A stretch of 64,000 nucleotides of DNA from the NCBI GenBank assembly GCA_003170275.1, contig PNAM01000059.1:47389-111388 (forward strand), read 5' to 3'. How positions within the stretch are numbered: the first letter of the stretch is position 1; the number at the start of each line of letters is the position of its first letter. Made by a program: the position numbers and the translations under genes. Below the pieces are notes generated by a model. It saw only the letters and a program-made list of their open reading frames with translations, was not told where the DNA came from and did not search any database. The DNA is from Myxococcales bacterium (GTDB lineage: Bacteria > Myxococcota_A > Polyangia > Palsa-1104). Positions 8,203 to 18,049 of the stretch are shown piece after piece.

Positions 8203-10760
8203 CCCCACCAGTAGGTGAGCTTGAGCAGGAAAACGTCGGCGGCGGGGGCCTGGCGGATCGCGCCCAGGTCGAGCGCGCCTTCCTGGCCGCCGAGCAGCGC
8301 CACGCTGGGGACCTGCGAGCGGGTGTAGACCAGGAACAGCGTCGATCCCAGGCGGTACTCCCAGCGCAGGACCACGTTGAGGTTGAGCACGCCCTCTTCG
8401 AAGTCGGGGTTGGCCAACGGCGGGCCGCTGGTGCGCAGATCGGCGAGGTGGACCAGCGGGCGCGTGCTGCCAGCTGCGCCGGTGAAGGTGGAGAAGTCGC
8501 TGAAGTGCTTGGAGGCGAGCAGGAGCTGCCCGTAGACCTGCAGCGACAGCCGCGGCGTGAAGGTCCAGGTCGCGCGCAGGATCGCGCCGACGCTGCGCGC
8601 ATCGAGCTTGCCGAACAACAGCGTGCCCGGCTGGTCGCCCGGCGCCACGTAGCGCGGCTCGCCGTAGGCGTAGATCACCTGCGGTGACAGATCGAGATCG
8701 AGCTGCGGCACCACGCGCAGGGTCAGCTTGGCGTCGACCTCCAGCAGGAGCCCGTTGAAGATCGGATCCACGTACGCGGCCAGCTCGGCGTAGACGCGCC
8801 GCCGCGGATCGCTGGTGATCGACAAGATCCCGCCGACCATCCCTTCGCGCTCGAGCGCTGTGCCGTCGCCCACCTCGCGATCGTCGAAGTGCCGCTCGCG
8901 ATAGTGCAGCTCGAAGAACAGGGTCCAGAAATTCGGCAGCTTCCAGAAGGTGTTGAGCTGATAGCCGCGCTGCAGCGTGAGCCCGTCGAGGTTGAGCTGC
9001 GTGAAGAACTCCAGGCGCGAGGCGGTCTCGAGCGTCTTCCACCACGGCTTGAGCGTGCGATAGCCGAGCTCGGCGTACAGGTGGTGCGAGTTCTGCCGCC
9101 CCTGAAAGCCGAGGTCGTTGAAGTCCAGCTTGCGGCTCGACCAGTCGTACTCGGCGTACCAGATGAAGTGCGGGCCGCCCTCCTTGGCCACCCACGCGCT
9201 GCCGCCCCAACCCTCGTCGCCCGCCGCCACCACCGTCCCATCGGCGAACAGGCGCGACGGTCCGTCGGCGATGTGGCTGGTGAGCAGCATGCCGCCCAGC
9301 GAGTAGTCGCCCGAGGGAGAGCGCCAGCGCGTGTCGAGGCCGCCGATGTACGCGTCGTGAAAGCAGCGCAGCCCGACCGCGCCGCTCGAGCCGTCAGGGC
9401 ACAGCTGCGTGGTCGGCCCGGCGCCGCTCGCCGGCGTGATCGGATAGGTGCCCAGCGCCTCGAAGCGATTGGTGGTGGTGGCGATCAGGCCGACGTGCGC
9501 GTTCTCGCCGACCGCCAGCTTCACCCGCGCCACGTTGAACAGGGTCATTGGCTCGGCGACGCGCCGCAGCTGAAAGCCGTCGGCGGTCTGCGCCAGCACG
9601 CGGTTGGGCGCGGTCAGGACCGAGAGCAGGCCCACCGTCCAGCGGTTGCCCAGATTCCCGGTCAGCTTGGCCGCGCCATAGATGGTGGACGGGTCGGGCA
9701 CGTCGACCAGCTGCTCGGCGAACGGCGCGCCGGTGCGCAGCGAGGGGGTGGGCGACACCCGGCCGATGCGCCGCGTGTACAGCACCTGGATCGGCGTGGC
9801 GAACGTGTCGATCCCTTCGAGGAAGAACGGTCGCTTCTCCGGGTAGTACACCTCGTAGGTGCTCAGGTTGAGCACCAGCGTATCGGCCTCGACCTGCGCG
9901 AAGTCGGGGTTGAACGTGGCGTCGAGCGTGAGGTTCTGCGTCACGTGCCACTTGACGTCGAGTCCGAGCGAGCCGCCGTAGTCCCAGCCGCTCGCCAGCA
10001 TGCCGGTCGCGGCATCGCGGCGGCGCACGCGACCGAGCACGAACGGCCGCAGCTCGATCGGGCTCTGGTTGCGCACGCGCCTAAGGCCGTCGAGCGTGCC
10101 GTAGTGCGAGACCTCGCCGGCCACGTCGCGCGCGATGAACGACCATTCGTCGGTCTCCTGCTTCGCCGAGACGTAACGGCGCGCCTGTAGGCCCCACGAC
10201 TGCTCGGCGGCGGCGTCGAAGCGCAGGATGCGCAGCGGGATGCGGATCTCGGCGGACCAGCCGTCGCCGGACTTGCGCACCGCCACGCGCGCGTCCCAGT
10301 TCTCGTCCCAGTCGAGCGTCACGTCGGTGTCGTTGAAGCGGATCCCGTCGAGCAGCACGCCGGCCGCGTTGACCTGAAACCCGAACGCGCTGGTGCCGTC
10401 GTGCCGGCTGTCGATGTCCACCTCCACCCAATCCGCTTCCAGCTGGCGGTCGCGCCGGGTGAGCCGCCGGATCACCGGCGCGTTGCGCTGCTCGCAGTCG
10501 AAGCCGAAGTAGAGCGCGTCGCGATCGTAGAGCACGCGCAGCGTGGTGCGCTCCGACGGCGCCCGCCCCTCGTTGGGGATCTTCTGGGTGAACGCCTCGG
10601 TCGGCTCGGCCTGCGCCCACACCGCGTCGTCGAGCCGCCCGTCGAGCACCGGCGCGCGCGTGATCGCGGTGGCGTGCAGGTGCGGCGCCGCCGACGCGAC
10701 GCCGGCGACGAACAGCACCAACGTGCCGGCCAGCCCTGCCGCGTGCGTCCCCCGTCTCAC
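8199..10760 (-). CDS. large exported protein with CBM9-like N-terminus and a beta-rich DUF5916-like C-terminal region
   Basis: Signal peptide AGTLVLFVAGVASA. The motif APVLDGRLDDAVW...LYDRDALYFGF is typical of the CBM9/DUF5916 family. 853 aa. Confidence 0.7.
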   Translation of the reverse strand: MRRGTHAAGLAGTLVLFVAGVASAAPHLHATAITRAPVLDGRLDDAVWAQAEPTEAFTQKIPNEGRAPSERTTLRVLYDRDALYFGFDCEQRNAPVIRRLTRRDRQLEADWVEVDIDSRHDGTSAFGFQVNAAGVLLDGIRFNDTDVTLDWDENWDARVAVRKSGDGWSAEIRIPLRILRFDAAAEQSWGLQARRYVSAKQETDEWSFIARDVAGEVSHYGTLDGLRRVRNQSPIELRPFVLGRVRRRDAATGMLASGWDYGGSLGLDVKWHVTQNLTLDATFNPDFAQVEADTLVLNLSTYEVYYPEKRPFFLEGIDTFATPIQVLYTRRIGRVSPTPSLRTGAPFAEQLVDVPDPSTIYGAAKLTGNLGNRWTVGLLSVLTAPNRVLAQTADGFQLRRVAEPMTLFNVARVKLAVGENAHVGLIATTTNRFEALGTYPITPASGAGPTTQLCPDGSSGAVGLRCFHDAYIGGLDTRWRSPSGDYSLGGMLLTSHIADGPSRLFADGTVVAAGDEGWGGSAWVAKEGGPHFIWYAEYDWSSRKLDFNDLGFQGRQNSHHLYAELGYRTLKPWWKTLETASRLEFFTQLNLDGLTLQRGYQLNTFWKLPNFWTLFFELHYRERHFDDREVGDGTALEREGMVGGILSITSDPRRRVYAELAAYVDPIFNGLLLEVDAKLTLRVVPQLDLDLSPQVIYAYGEPRYVAPGDQPGTLLFGKLDARSVGAILRATWTFTPRLSLQVYGQLLLASKHFSDFSTFTGAAGSTRPLVHLADLRTSGPPLANPDFEEGVLNLNVVLRWEYRLGSTLFLVYTRSQVPSVALLGGQEGALDLGAIRQAPAADVFLLKLTYWWG

Positions 10761-10893
10761 CTTCCGCCGAGCTTACACGCGAACTGGCCGAGCTGATGCA
10801 CTGCCCAGGATCAAGGGCTCGCTCGCTGATGGTCGGTGACGGTCGGTGAAGCGGACTTCTCAGACGCGGAGCAAATTTGCTCTCAGGTGGAAA

Positions 10894-12120
10894 ATGCATC
10901 TCCTCTGGATGAAAACCGAGTTGCTCCATCCGGTCGACAAGGGCGGTCGCATCCGCACCTACCAGATGCTGCGTCATCTGCGCCGCGACCACCGCGTGAC
11001 CTACGTGTGTCTCGACGACGGCAGCGGCACCGCCGAAGACGCCGCGGCGGCGACGGAATACTGCGACCGGCTGGTGCGCGTGCCGTTCCATCCGCAGCCC
11101 AAGGGCTCGTGGCGCTTCCTCGGCGAGGTTGCGCGCTCGCTGCCCGCGCCGCTTCCGTATGCAGTCTCGCGTTATCGATCGGTGGAGATGGAAAAGCGTT
11201 GCCTGCAGATCGCGCGCGAAGAGCAGGTCGACGTGGTGGTGTGCGACTTTCTGGCCCCGACGGTCAACGTCTCCGACGAGCTGCGCTGCCCGCGCGTGCT
11301 GTTTCAGCACAACGTCGAGGCGGCCATCTGGCGCCGCCGTTACGAGGTGGCCAGCAAGCTGGAGAGCGCACTGATGTGGGATCAGTGGCGCAAGATCGAG
11401 CGCTTCGAGCGGCAGCAGTGCCGGCGCTTCGATCGCGTGGTGGTGGTGTCCGAGGAGGACCTGCGCGTGCACCGCGAGTGCTACGGCGTGACCCGCGTGT
11501 CGGCGGTGCCGACGGGCGTGGACCTCGACTACTTTCGTCCCAACCCCGGCGGTGACTACACGCCGCGCGAGCTGGTGTTCACCGGGTCGATGGACTGGTT
11601 CCCCAACGAGGACGCCATCGTGCATTTTGCGCACGAGGTCCTGCCGCGCATCCACAAGGCGGTGCCGGACGTCACCTTGACGATCGTCGGGCGCAATCCG
11701 CCGCCTCGCGTGCGCGCGCTCGCCGAACGCGACCCGTCGGTGCGGGTGACCGGCGGCGTGCCCGACGTGCGGCCGTATCTGGAGCGCGCGGCGCTGTTCG
11801 TGGTGCCGCTGCGCATCGGCGGCGGCACGCGCCTGAAGATCTACGAGGCGATGGCGATGGGCCGGCCGGTGGTCTCGACCAGCATCGGCGCCGAGGGCCT
11901 GCCGCTACGCGACGGGCTCGATCTGCGCCTGGCCGACGGGGACGAGCCGTTCGCCGCGGCGGTGATCGAGCTGCTCGAGCAGCCGCTCAAGGCGCAGATG
12001 ATCGCCATGCGTGGGGCGCAGCGGGTGCGCAGCGAGTTTGGTTGGGAGCACGCGGCCGAGGCGTTCGCGCGCGTGTGCGACGAAGTGGCCGGGGAACGAT
12101 CGGAACGCGCCGCGGGATAG
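10894..12120 (+). CDS. glycosyltransferase family 4 (exopolysaccharide-type)
   Basis: N-terminus HPVDKGGRIRTYQMLRHL and C-terminal GT1 core PLRIGGGTRLKIYEAMAMGRPVVST. AGGTGG lies 4-9 nt before the ATG at 10894. Confidence 0.8.
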   Translation: MHLLWMKTELLHPVDKGGRIRTYQMLRHLRRDHRVTYVCLDDGSGTAEDAAAATEYCDRLVRVPFHPQPKGSWRFLGEVARSLPAPLPYAVSRYRSVEMEKRCLQIAREEQVDVVVCDFLAPTVNVSDELRCPRVLFQHNVEAAIWRRRYEVASKLESALMWDQWRKIERFERQQCRRFDRVVVVSEEDLRVHRECYGVTRVSAVPTGVDLDYFRPNPGGDYTPRELVFTGSMDWFPNEDAIVHFAHEVLPRIHKAVPDVTLTIVGRNPPPRVRALAERDPSVRVTGGVPDVRPYLERAALFVVPLRIGGGTRLKIYEAMAMGRPVVSTSIGAEGLPLRDGLDLRLADGDEPFAAAVIELLEQPLKAQMIAMRGAQRVRSEFGWEHAAEAFARVCDEVAGERSERAAG

Positions 12121-12136
12121 GCGCCGGAGGCAGCTT

Positions 12137-13450
12137 ATGAAGGTCAGCGTATTCGGGCTTGGATATATCGGGTGTGTGTCGGCGGCCTGCCTCGCGCACG
12201 CCGGCCATCAGGTCATCGGCGTCGACGTCAACGAGTCCAAGGTCGGGATGATCAACGACGGCCTCGGCACGATGATCGAAGAGGGCATCGGCCCGCTGGT
12301 CAAAGAGGGCGTGAGCGCCGGCCGGCTGCGCGCCACCACCAACGTCAAGGACGCGGTGCTCTCCACGTCGCTGTCATTGGTGTGCGTGGGCACGCCCAGC
12401 CGCGCCAACGGCAGCCTCGACACCGCGCACATCGAGCGCGTGTGCGCGGCCATCGGCGACGCGCTGCGCAGCAAGAACGCGCGCCACACGGTGGTGATCC
12501 GCTCGACGGTGCTGCCCGGCACGGTGCGCGAGCTGGTGGTGCCCGCGCTCGAGAAGGCGTCGGGCAAGCAGGCCGGTCGCGACTTCGACGTGTGCATGAA
12601 CCCCGAGTTCCTGCGCGCCGGCAGCGCGATCGCGGACTTCCACGCGCCGCCGTTCGTGGTCATCGGCGCCGACAGCCTGGCCGCCGCCAACGAGGTGCGT
12701 GGGTTGTACGCCGGCATCGAGTCGGAGGTGCGCGTCACCAGCGTCGCGGTCGCCGAGATGGTCAAGTACGTGTGCAACTGCTGGCGCGCGGTGAAGGTCG
12801 GCTTCGCCAACGAGATCGGCAACCTCTCGAACGAGTTCGGCATCGACAGCCACGAGGTGATGTCGCTGTTCTGCGAGGACACGCAGCTCAACCTGTCGGC
12901 CAAGTATCTGATGCCCGGGTTCGCCTTCGGAGGCTCGTGCCTGCCCAAAGATCTGCGCGCGCTCGCCTATCGCGGCCGCCAGCTCGACGTGCCCACCCCG
13001 ATGCTCTCCGCCGCGCTCGACTCGAACCAGAAGCAGATCGCGCGCGCGTTCGAGCTGGTCACCGGCACGGGCAAGAAGCGCATCGGCGTGCTCGGCATGG
13101 CCTTCAAGGCCGGCACCGACGATCTGCGCGAGTCGCCGGTGGTCACCCTGATCGAGCAGCTGCTCGGCAAGGGCTTCCAGCTGGCGATCTACGACGGGGA
13201 CGTGTCCGCCTCGCGCCTGATGGGCTCGAACCGCGAGTACATCGAGCGCGAGATCCCGCACATCTGGACGCTGGTGCGCGACTCGATCGAAGAGGTGATC
13301 GCCGCCAGCGACGTGGTGGTGATCGGCAACGGATCGCCCGAGTTCCGCGAGATCGCGCCGCTCTTGACCGCCGGCCAGACGGTGATCGATCTGGTGCGCG
13401 CGCTCGACGGGACCAAGGAAGGGGTCGCGTACCAGGGGATCTGCTGGTGA
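12137..13450 (+). CDS. UDP-glucose/GDP-mannose dehydrogenase family protein
   Basis: MKVSVFGLGYIGCVSAACLA Rossmann motif and catalytic GGSCLPKD. GGAGG Shine-Dalgarno upstream. Confidence 0.9.
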   Translation: MKVSVFGLGYIGCVSAACLAHAGHQVIGVDVNESKVGMINDGLGTMIEEGIGPLVKEGVSAGRLRATTNVKDAVLSTSLSLVCVGTPSRANGSLDTAHIERVCAAIGDALRSKNARHTVVIRSTVLPGTVRELVVPALEKASGKQAGRDFDVCMNPEFLRAGSAIADFHAPPFVVIGADSLAAANEVRGLYAGIESEVRVTSVAVAEMVKYVCNCWRAVKVGFANEIGNLSNEFGIDSHEVMSLFCEDTQLNLSAKYLMPGFAFGGSCLPKDLRALAYRGRQLDVPTPMLSAALDSNQKQIARAFELVTGTGKKRIGVLGMAFKAGTDDLRESPVVTLIEQLLGKGFQLAIYDGDVSASRLMGSNREYIEREIPHIWTLVRDSIEEVIAASDVVVIGNGSPEFREIAPLLTAGQTVIDLVRALDGTKEGVAYQGICW

Positions 13451-14634
13451 TGCGACCCGAGGTCGTCCACATCTTCAACTCCAGTCGCGTGAGCGGGCCG
13501 GAGACGCTGGCGTTGCCGGCGCTCGGTCAGCTCGGCGTGCCGGTGGCGGTGATCTTCCTCTCCGAGGAGCGCTGCGGCGTGGCCGGGCGGCGCGCGATCG
13601 TCTACGCGGGACAGCTCGGCCTGCAGGTGCACGAGGTGAAGGTGCGCCGGCGCGGCGATCTCGCGGCGGTGCGCACGCTCGGGTACCTGCTCAGCGCGCT
13701 CGGTCCCAAGATCGCGCACGCGCACGACGTCAAGGCGTCGACCTACCTGTTGGCGGCGGCGCGCACCAGCAACTATGCCGGCGCGATCTACTCGACCCAT
13801 CACGGCATCCACGGCCGGCCCGACTGGAAGACCAAGCTCTACGAGCGCTTCTACTCGCACGGGATCCTGCCGCGCTTCGATCGCGTGCTGGCGGTCTCGA
13901 GCGCCGATCGCGCCGAGCTGATCGGGCGCGGCCTCGATCCCGAAAAGGTGCAGCTGCACCTCAACGGCGCCGACGCGCGCGCGGTCTCGCCGGCCGAGCG
14001 TCCGGCCTTGAGCCGTCGCATCCGCGCGGCGTGGGGCGTTCCCGTGGAGCCGCTGATCATCGGGCTGGTCGGCCGGCTGTCGTTCGAGAAGCGGCACGAT
14101 CGCGCGCTCGCGGTAGCGTGGCAGCTCGAGCGGCTGATGCCCGAGCTCGACTGGCGGTTGGTGTGCTTCGGCTTCGGCAAGCTGGAGGCCGAGCTCGCGG
14201 CGCAGACGGCGCGGCTCGGTCTCGAGAAGCGCGTGCAGTGGATGGGCTATCGCCCGCGCGTCGGCGACGAGATGGCCGGCTTCGATCTGCTGCTCTCGCT
14301 CTCCGACGCCGAGGGGCTGCCCATCAACCTCATCGAAGCGGGCTGGGCGGCCACGCCGGTGCTCGCCACCGCCGTCGGTGGCGTGTGCGATCTGCTGGGT
14401 CAGCCGCCGGCCGGCGTGTTGGTGCGGCCGAGCGACGATCCGGCGCGCATCGCGCAGCAGATCCGCCTGCTCGCCGAAGCGCCCGCGCGGCGCGAAGGCT
14501 TGGGTCGCGCGCTCCGCGATCGCGTGATCCAAAAGTTCTCGCGGCGCGCCTGGCTCGATCGCCTGCGCGAGCTGTATGCGCCGTATCTCAGTGATGCGCG
14601 GCAGGTGCGCGAAGGGGAACAGCAACGTGCTTGA
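13450..14634 (+). CDS. glycosyltransferase family 4
   Basis: ATGA overlap with the dehydrogenase gene. GT1 core LLSLSDAEGLPINLIEAGWAATPVLAT. Confidence 0.8.
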   Translation: MRPEVVHIFNSSRVSGPETLALPALGQLGVPVAVIFLSEERCGVAGRRAIVYAGQLGLQVHEVKVRRRGDLAAVRTLGYLLSALGPKIAHAHDVKASTYLLAAARTSNYAGAIYSTHHGIHGRPDWKTKLYERFYSHGILPRFDRVLAVSSADRAELIGRGLDPEKVQLHLNGADARAVSPAERPALSRRIRAAWGVPVEPLIIGLVGRLSFEKRHDRALAVAWQLERLMPELDWRLVCFGFGKLEAELAAQTARLGLEKRVQWMGYRPRVGDEMAGFDLLLSLSDAEGLPINLIEAGWAATPVLATAVGGVCDLLGQPPAGVLVRPSDDPARIAQQIRLLAEAPARREGLGRALRDRVIQKFSRRAWLDRLRELYAPYLSDARQVREGEQQRA

Positions 14635-15871
14635 GCCGACCTCCGTCCTGCACGTCGTGAACACGCTCACCGTCGGTGGCTCCGAGCGTCAGCTGGAGGC
14701 GCTGGTGACCGGGCTCGACCGGCGTCGCTTCCGCCCGCTGGTCGCGTACCTCAAGCCCGGCTCGCGCGAGCTCCACGAGCCGCTCGCGCGCGCGGGCGCC
14801 GAGCCCACCGAGTTCTCGCTGCGCGGCTCGCTGGTGCAGCCCAACACCCTGTGGCAGATCGCGCGCATCGCGCGGCTGTGCCGTCGCCGCAACGTGCGCA
14901 TCCTGCACGCGCACGATCTGTACGCGAACCTGATCGCGCTGGCGGCGGCGCGCTTGTGCGGCGCGCGCTGCATCGTCAGCCGGCGCGATCTGGCCGACTT
15001 CCGGCCGGCGCGCGAACGGCGGCTGCTGCGCTTCGCCTGCCGGCTCGCCGATCGCGTGCTGTGCAATGCGCAGCCGATCGCCGCGCTGGCGATCGCCGAG
15101 GGCGCGCACCCGGACCGCGTGTGCCTGGTGCCGAACGGGATCGATCTGGCGGGCTTCGACGCGCGGGCGGCGCTCGCACCGTCGCCGCACCTGCCCGAAT
15201 CGCCCGCGCACTTCCGGCGCGTGGCGATGGTCGGCAACATGGAGCGCCCGCACAAGGGCCACGCCGACCTGCTCGACGCCGCCGCGCTGCTCAAGGCACG
15301 CGGCCAGCGCGCGCAGTGGCTCATTCCTTCCGACGGCCCGCTGCGCGAGCTCCTGCAGGCGCGCGCGCGCACGCTCGGCCTCGCCGACGACGTGTGCTTC
15401 CTCGGTCGCCGCACGGATGTGCCCAGCCTGTTGGCCCGCGCGGATCTGGTGGTGCACCCGTCGTGGAGCGAGGGTTTTCCCAACGTGGTGCTCGAGGCGA
15501 TGGCCGCCGCGCGTCCGGTGGTCGCCACCCGGGTCGGCGCCGCGCCGGAGCTGGTGCGCGACGGCGTCACCGGCCTGCTCGTCGAGCCGCGCGATCCCGC
15601 GTCGCTGGCCGCGGCGATCGAGCTGCTGCTCGCCCCGGCGCCCGCGCGGCTGATGGGCCGCCGCGGCCGTCAGGTGGTCGAGGAGCGCTACACGCTCGAC
15701 AAGATGGTGGCGTCGGTCGAGACGCTCTACGCGGGGCTAACCGGGGCCGGTTCCGGGCAGAAAGTCCAGGTCGGGCAGCGCCATCAAGGTGCCGCAGGCG
15801 CCGCCGCCGACGCCGAGCACCGAGCCGTCGAGCAGGGTGACCGCGTTCCACTCGGTGTTGGTATTGGGTAG
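14627..15871 (+). CDS. glycosyltransferase family 4
   Basis: N-terminus LHVVNTLTVGGSERQ and core HPSWSEGFPNVVLEAMAAARPVVAT. GTG start at 14627 is tentative (alternative ATG at 14594). The 3' end overlaps the convergent gene by 135 nt. Confidence 0.75.
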   Translation: MLEPTSVLHVVNTLTVGGSERQLEALVTGLDRRRFRPLVAYLKPGSRELHEPLARAGAEPTEFSLRGSLVQPNTLWQIARIARLCRRRNVRILHAHDLYANLIALAAARLCGARCIVSRRDLADFRPARERRLLRFACRLADRVLCNAQPIAALAIAEGAHPDRVCLVPNGIDLAGFDARAALAPSPHLPESPAHFRRVAMVGNMERPHKGHADLLDAAALLKARGQRAQWLIPSDGPLRELLQARARTLGLADDVCFLGRRTDVPSLLARADLVVHPSWSEGFPNVVLEAMAAARPVVATRVGAAPELVRDGVTGLLVEPRDPASLAAAIELLLAPAPARLMGRRGRQVVEERYTLDKMVASVETLYAGLTGAGSGQKVQVGQRHQGAAGAAADAEHRAVEQGDRVPLGVGIG

Positions 15872-17299
15872 CGACGGGAACATCTTCACCGTTCCCATCA
15901 CCGGATCGACCTGCTCGACGCCCGCCGTCGACGAGTCGCAGCTCGCCATCGTGTAGCCGCCCATCACCAGGATCGTGCCGTCGCGCACCAGCGCGCTGGC
16001 GTGCCACGCGCGCGGTGTGGTGAGCTGGTAGCTCAGCGTGCTGAAGGTGTTGGCTACCGGATCGAACACCTCCATGGTGGTCTGCGCGTTCATGATCGCG
16101 CCCGCGCTCATGCTCGCGCCGGCGATCACGATCGCGCGCCCGTCGGGCAGGGTGTGCGCGGACAACATGGAGCGGCCGAAGGCCATCGGGCCGACCGGCT
16201 GAAAGGTGTTGGTGTCCGAGTCGAACACCTCCGCCGAGGTCTCGCCTTTGTCGCCGCCGCCGTACAGCACGCGCCCGTCGCGCAGCCGCACCATGAAGCC
16301 GAACACGCGCACGGTGGTGTGCGCGACGGTGGTGAACGTGTCGAGCGCGGGATCGTAGATCTCCACGCTCGGATCGTTCGCCGAGGCGATGAGCACGCGT
16401 CCGTCGACGAGCAGCACCGCACGGGTGTACGCGCGCTTGACCGCGAGCGGCATGGCGGTGGGCTTGAACAGATTGGTAGCCGGGTCGAACAGGTCGGCGA
16501 GCGTCGCGTCGCCGGTGCAGGTCGTGCCGTCCGCTTCACAGGCGCCGCCCACTACCAGCAGCTTGCCGGTGAGCATCGGCACCACACTGTTCTGCCAGCG
16601 CACCGTGCTCATCTGGTTGCCGGCGACGGTGACCTTGTCGGTGGCGCGCTCGTACAGCTCGGCCGAGGCGAGCGACAGGGCCGGATTGTCGGGCACGGTG
16701 GTTCCGCCGGCCACCAGCACGCGCCCGTCCATGGCCACGCCGATGCCCGGATCTTCGCCGCGCACCTGCATCATCGGTTTCTGCGCCCAGACCATGTCGA
16801 GGCCGGCGGCCACGTACTCGAACGCCTGCGGCGTGGTCGCGCTCAGCCCGCCGAGCACGATCTTGACGTCGCGCGCCCCGACCGGCCCGGGTGGCGTCTG
16901 GACGAGCGCGTGGCTGGCGTCGAGCACGCGCACCGGCGCGCGCCCGTCGGCGATGTAGGCGCGCAGCCCGGTTGCGAAGCCGGCGCCGGCGAGCGTGATG
17001 TAATCGCCACCGTTCTGAAAGCCGTTCACCGGCAACACCTGCGTGACCGCGAAGCCGCAGGTGCTCGTCTCCACGCATGTGCCGCTACAACAGAGCGCAG
17101 CGCTCGCGCAGGCGTTGCCGCACGAGCCGCAGTTGCGCACGTCGCTCGATAGATCGACGCAGCTCGCGCCGCACAGCTGAAGGCTCCCCGCGTCGCCGCA
17201 CCGGCCGCCGCCGTCGCCGCTGCCGCCGTCGTGAGCCTGGCCGTTCGAAGCGTCGCACCCCAACGAAGCGGCGAGCACCAGGAAGCAGGCCATGCGCAT
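15737..17299 (-). CDS. Kelch-repeat / IPT-TIG domain lipoprotein with Cys-rich N-terminal module
   Basis: Lipoprotein signal MRMACFLVLAASLGC. Cys-rich stretch CGASCVDLSSDVRNCGSCGNAC. An IPT-like segment is followed by repeated GG-containing Kelch-like blades. Confidence 0.7.
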   Translation of the reverse strand: MRMACFLVLAASLGCDASNGQAHDGGSGDGGGRCGDAGSLQLCGASCVDLSSDVRNCGSCGNACASAALCCSGTCVETSTCGFAVTQVLPVNGFQNGGDYITLAGAGFATGLRAYIADGRAPVRVLDASHALVQTPPGPVGARDVKIVLGGLSATTPQAFEYVAAGLDMVWAQKPMMQVRGEDPGIGVAMDGRVLVAGGTTVPDNPALSLASAELYERATDKVTVAGNQMSTVRWQNSVVPMLTGKLLVVGGACEADGTTCTGDATLADLFDPATNLFKPTAMPLAVKRAYTRAVLLVDGRVLIASANDPSVEIYDPALDTFTTVAHTTVRVFGFMVRLRDGRVLYGGGDKGETSAEVFDSDTNTFQPVGPMAFGRSMLSAHTLPDGRAIVIAGASMSAGAIMNAQTTMEVFDPVANTFSTLSYQLTTPRAWHASALVRDGTILVMGGYTMASCDSSTAGVEQVDPVMGTVKMFPSLPNTNTEWNAVTLLDGSVLGVGGGACGTLMALPDLDFLPGTGPG

Positions 17300-17339
17300 G
17301 GGCGCATCGTATCGCGGATCGGTCTGGTACGCTGCGCCC

Positions 17340-17696
17340 ATGATCAGGCTGGTCGCACTGTGCCTTCTGCTCGCCGCATGCGCGACCCATTCGTCGGAGC
17401 GCGCCTCGAGCGATCCGCGCGCCGAGCTCGCCGGGCTGCACGCGCGCATCGAGGCGATTCGCAGCGGGCTCGGGCTGTCGCGCTCCGACGCGCCGGCGCT
17501 CGACCCGCGCTTCGTTCGCATCGACGCCGCGCCGGCCGATCACCCGGCGCGCCCGGAGCGCTGTCTCGAGCTCGACGCGGGCGTGGGGGAGGTGTGCAAC
17601 GCAGCCACGCGCATCTGCGTGCTCGATTCCGGCGGCTGCCTCGACGCGCGCGAGGACTGTCGCAACCTGCGCTCGCTCGGCGATAGCTGCCGCTAG
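17340..17696 (+). CDS. Cys-rich small lipoprotein, hypothetical
   Basis: Lipobox LLLAAC. Six further Cys in the C-terminal third. Internal ATG of track ORF 17292..17696. Confidence 0.5.
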   Translation: MIRLVALCLLLAACATHSSERASSDPRAELAGLHARIEAIRSGLGLSRSDAPALDPRFVRIDAAPADHPARPERCLELDAGVGEVCNAATRICVLDSGGCLDAREDCRNLRSLGDSCR

Positions 17697-17700
17697 AAAT

Positions 17701-17733
17701 GAAAAAGGTGCGGTAGGTCTCCCCGCCGCACCT
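17701..17733 (-). terminator. rho-independent terminator-like hairpin (possibly bidirectional)
   Basis: AGGTGCGG / CCGCACCT 8-bp stem. On the minus strand it is followed by TTTTTCATTTC, 23 nt after the stop of the 85-aa gene. It lies between convergent genes. Confidence 0.55.
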
Positions 17734-17755
17734 CTTCCGATTCCGAAAGCAGAAA

Positions 17756-18013
17756 CTACTTGGCGGGCGCCTCGGCGGCGGTGCCACCCTTGGCGGTGCA
17801 ATCCTTCTCGGTCATCGACATCTGGCCCTTGCCCTTGCACTCGTTCTTGCCCTTGCACTCGTTCGACGCCGACTTGCAGCCGCCCTTGCCCTTGCAGTCG
17901 TTGACGCCCGAGCACATGACCTTGCCGCCCTTCTTGGCGTGGGTGATGGCCGGCGTGGCCGCCGCGAAGAGGCCTGCAACCGACGCTGCTACGAGAGCTC
18001 CCTTGATGGTCAT
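17756..18013 (-). CDS. small secreted 6-Cys peptide, bufferin (BufA2 / BUF_6/12Cys)-like precursor
   Basis: Signal peptide, then CSGVNDCKGKGGCKSASNECKGKNECKGKG...DCTAKGG with a repeated C-x-G-x-N-x-C-K-G pattern. Strong AGGAGA RBS 7 nt upstream. Confidence 0.6.
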   Translation of the reverse strand: MTIKGALVAASVAGLFAAATPAITHAKKGGKVMCSGVNDCKGKGGCKSASNECKGKNECKGKGQMSMTEKDCTAKGGTAAEAPAK

Positions 18014-18049
18014 CGATTCGTCTCCTGGTAATGTTTCGGTTTGTGTGAA

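Noticed and set aside
7546-11655. Long ORFs 7546..9210(-), 8889..10190(+) and 10081..11655(-)
   Set aside because: They are out of frame or antisense relative to the well-supported DUF5916-like and GT4 genes. Their Arg/Ala/Gly/Pro-dominated translations have no motifs.
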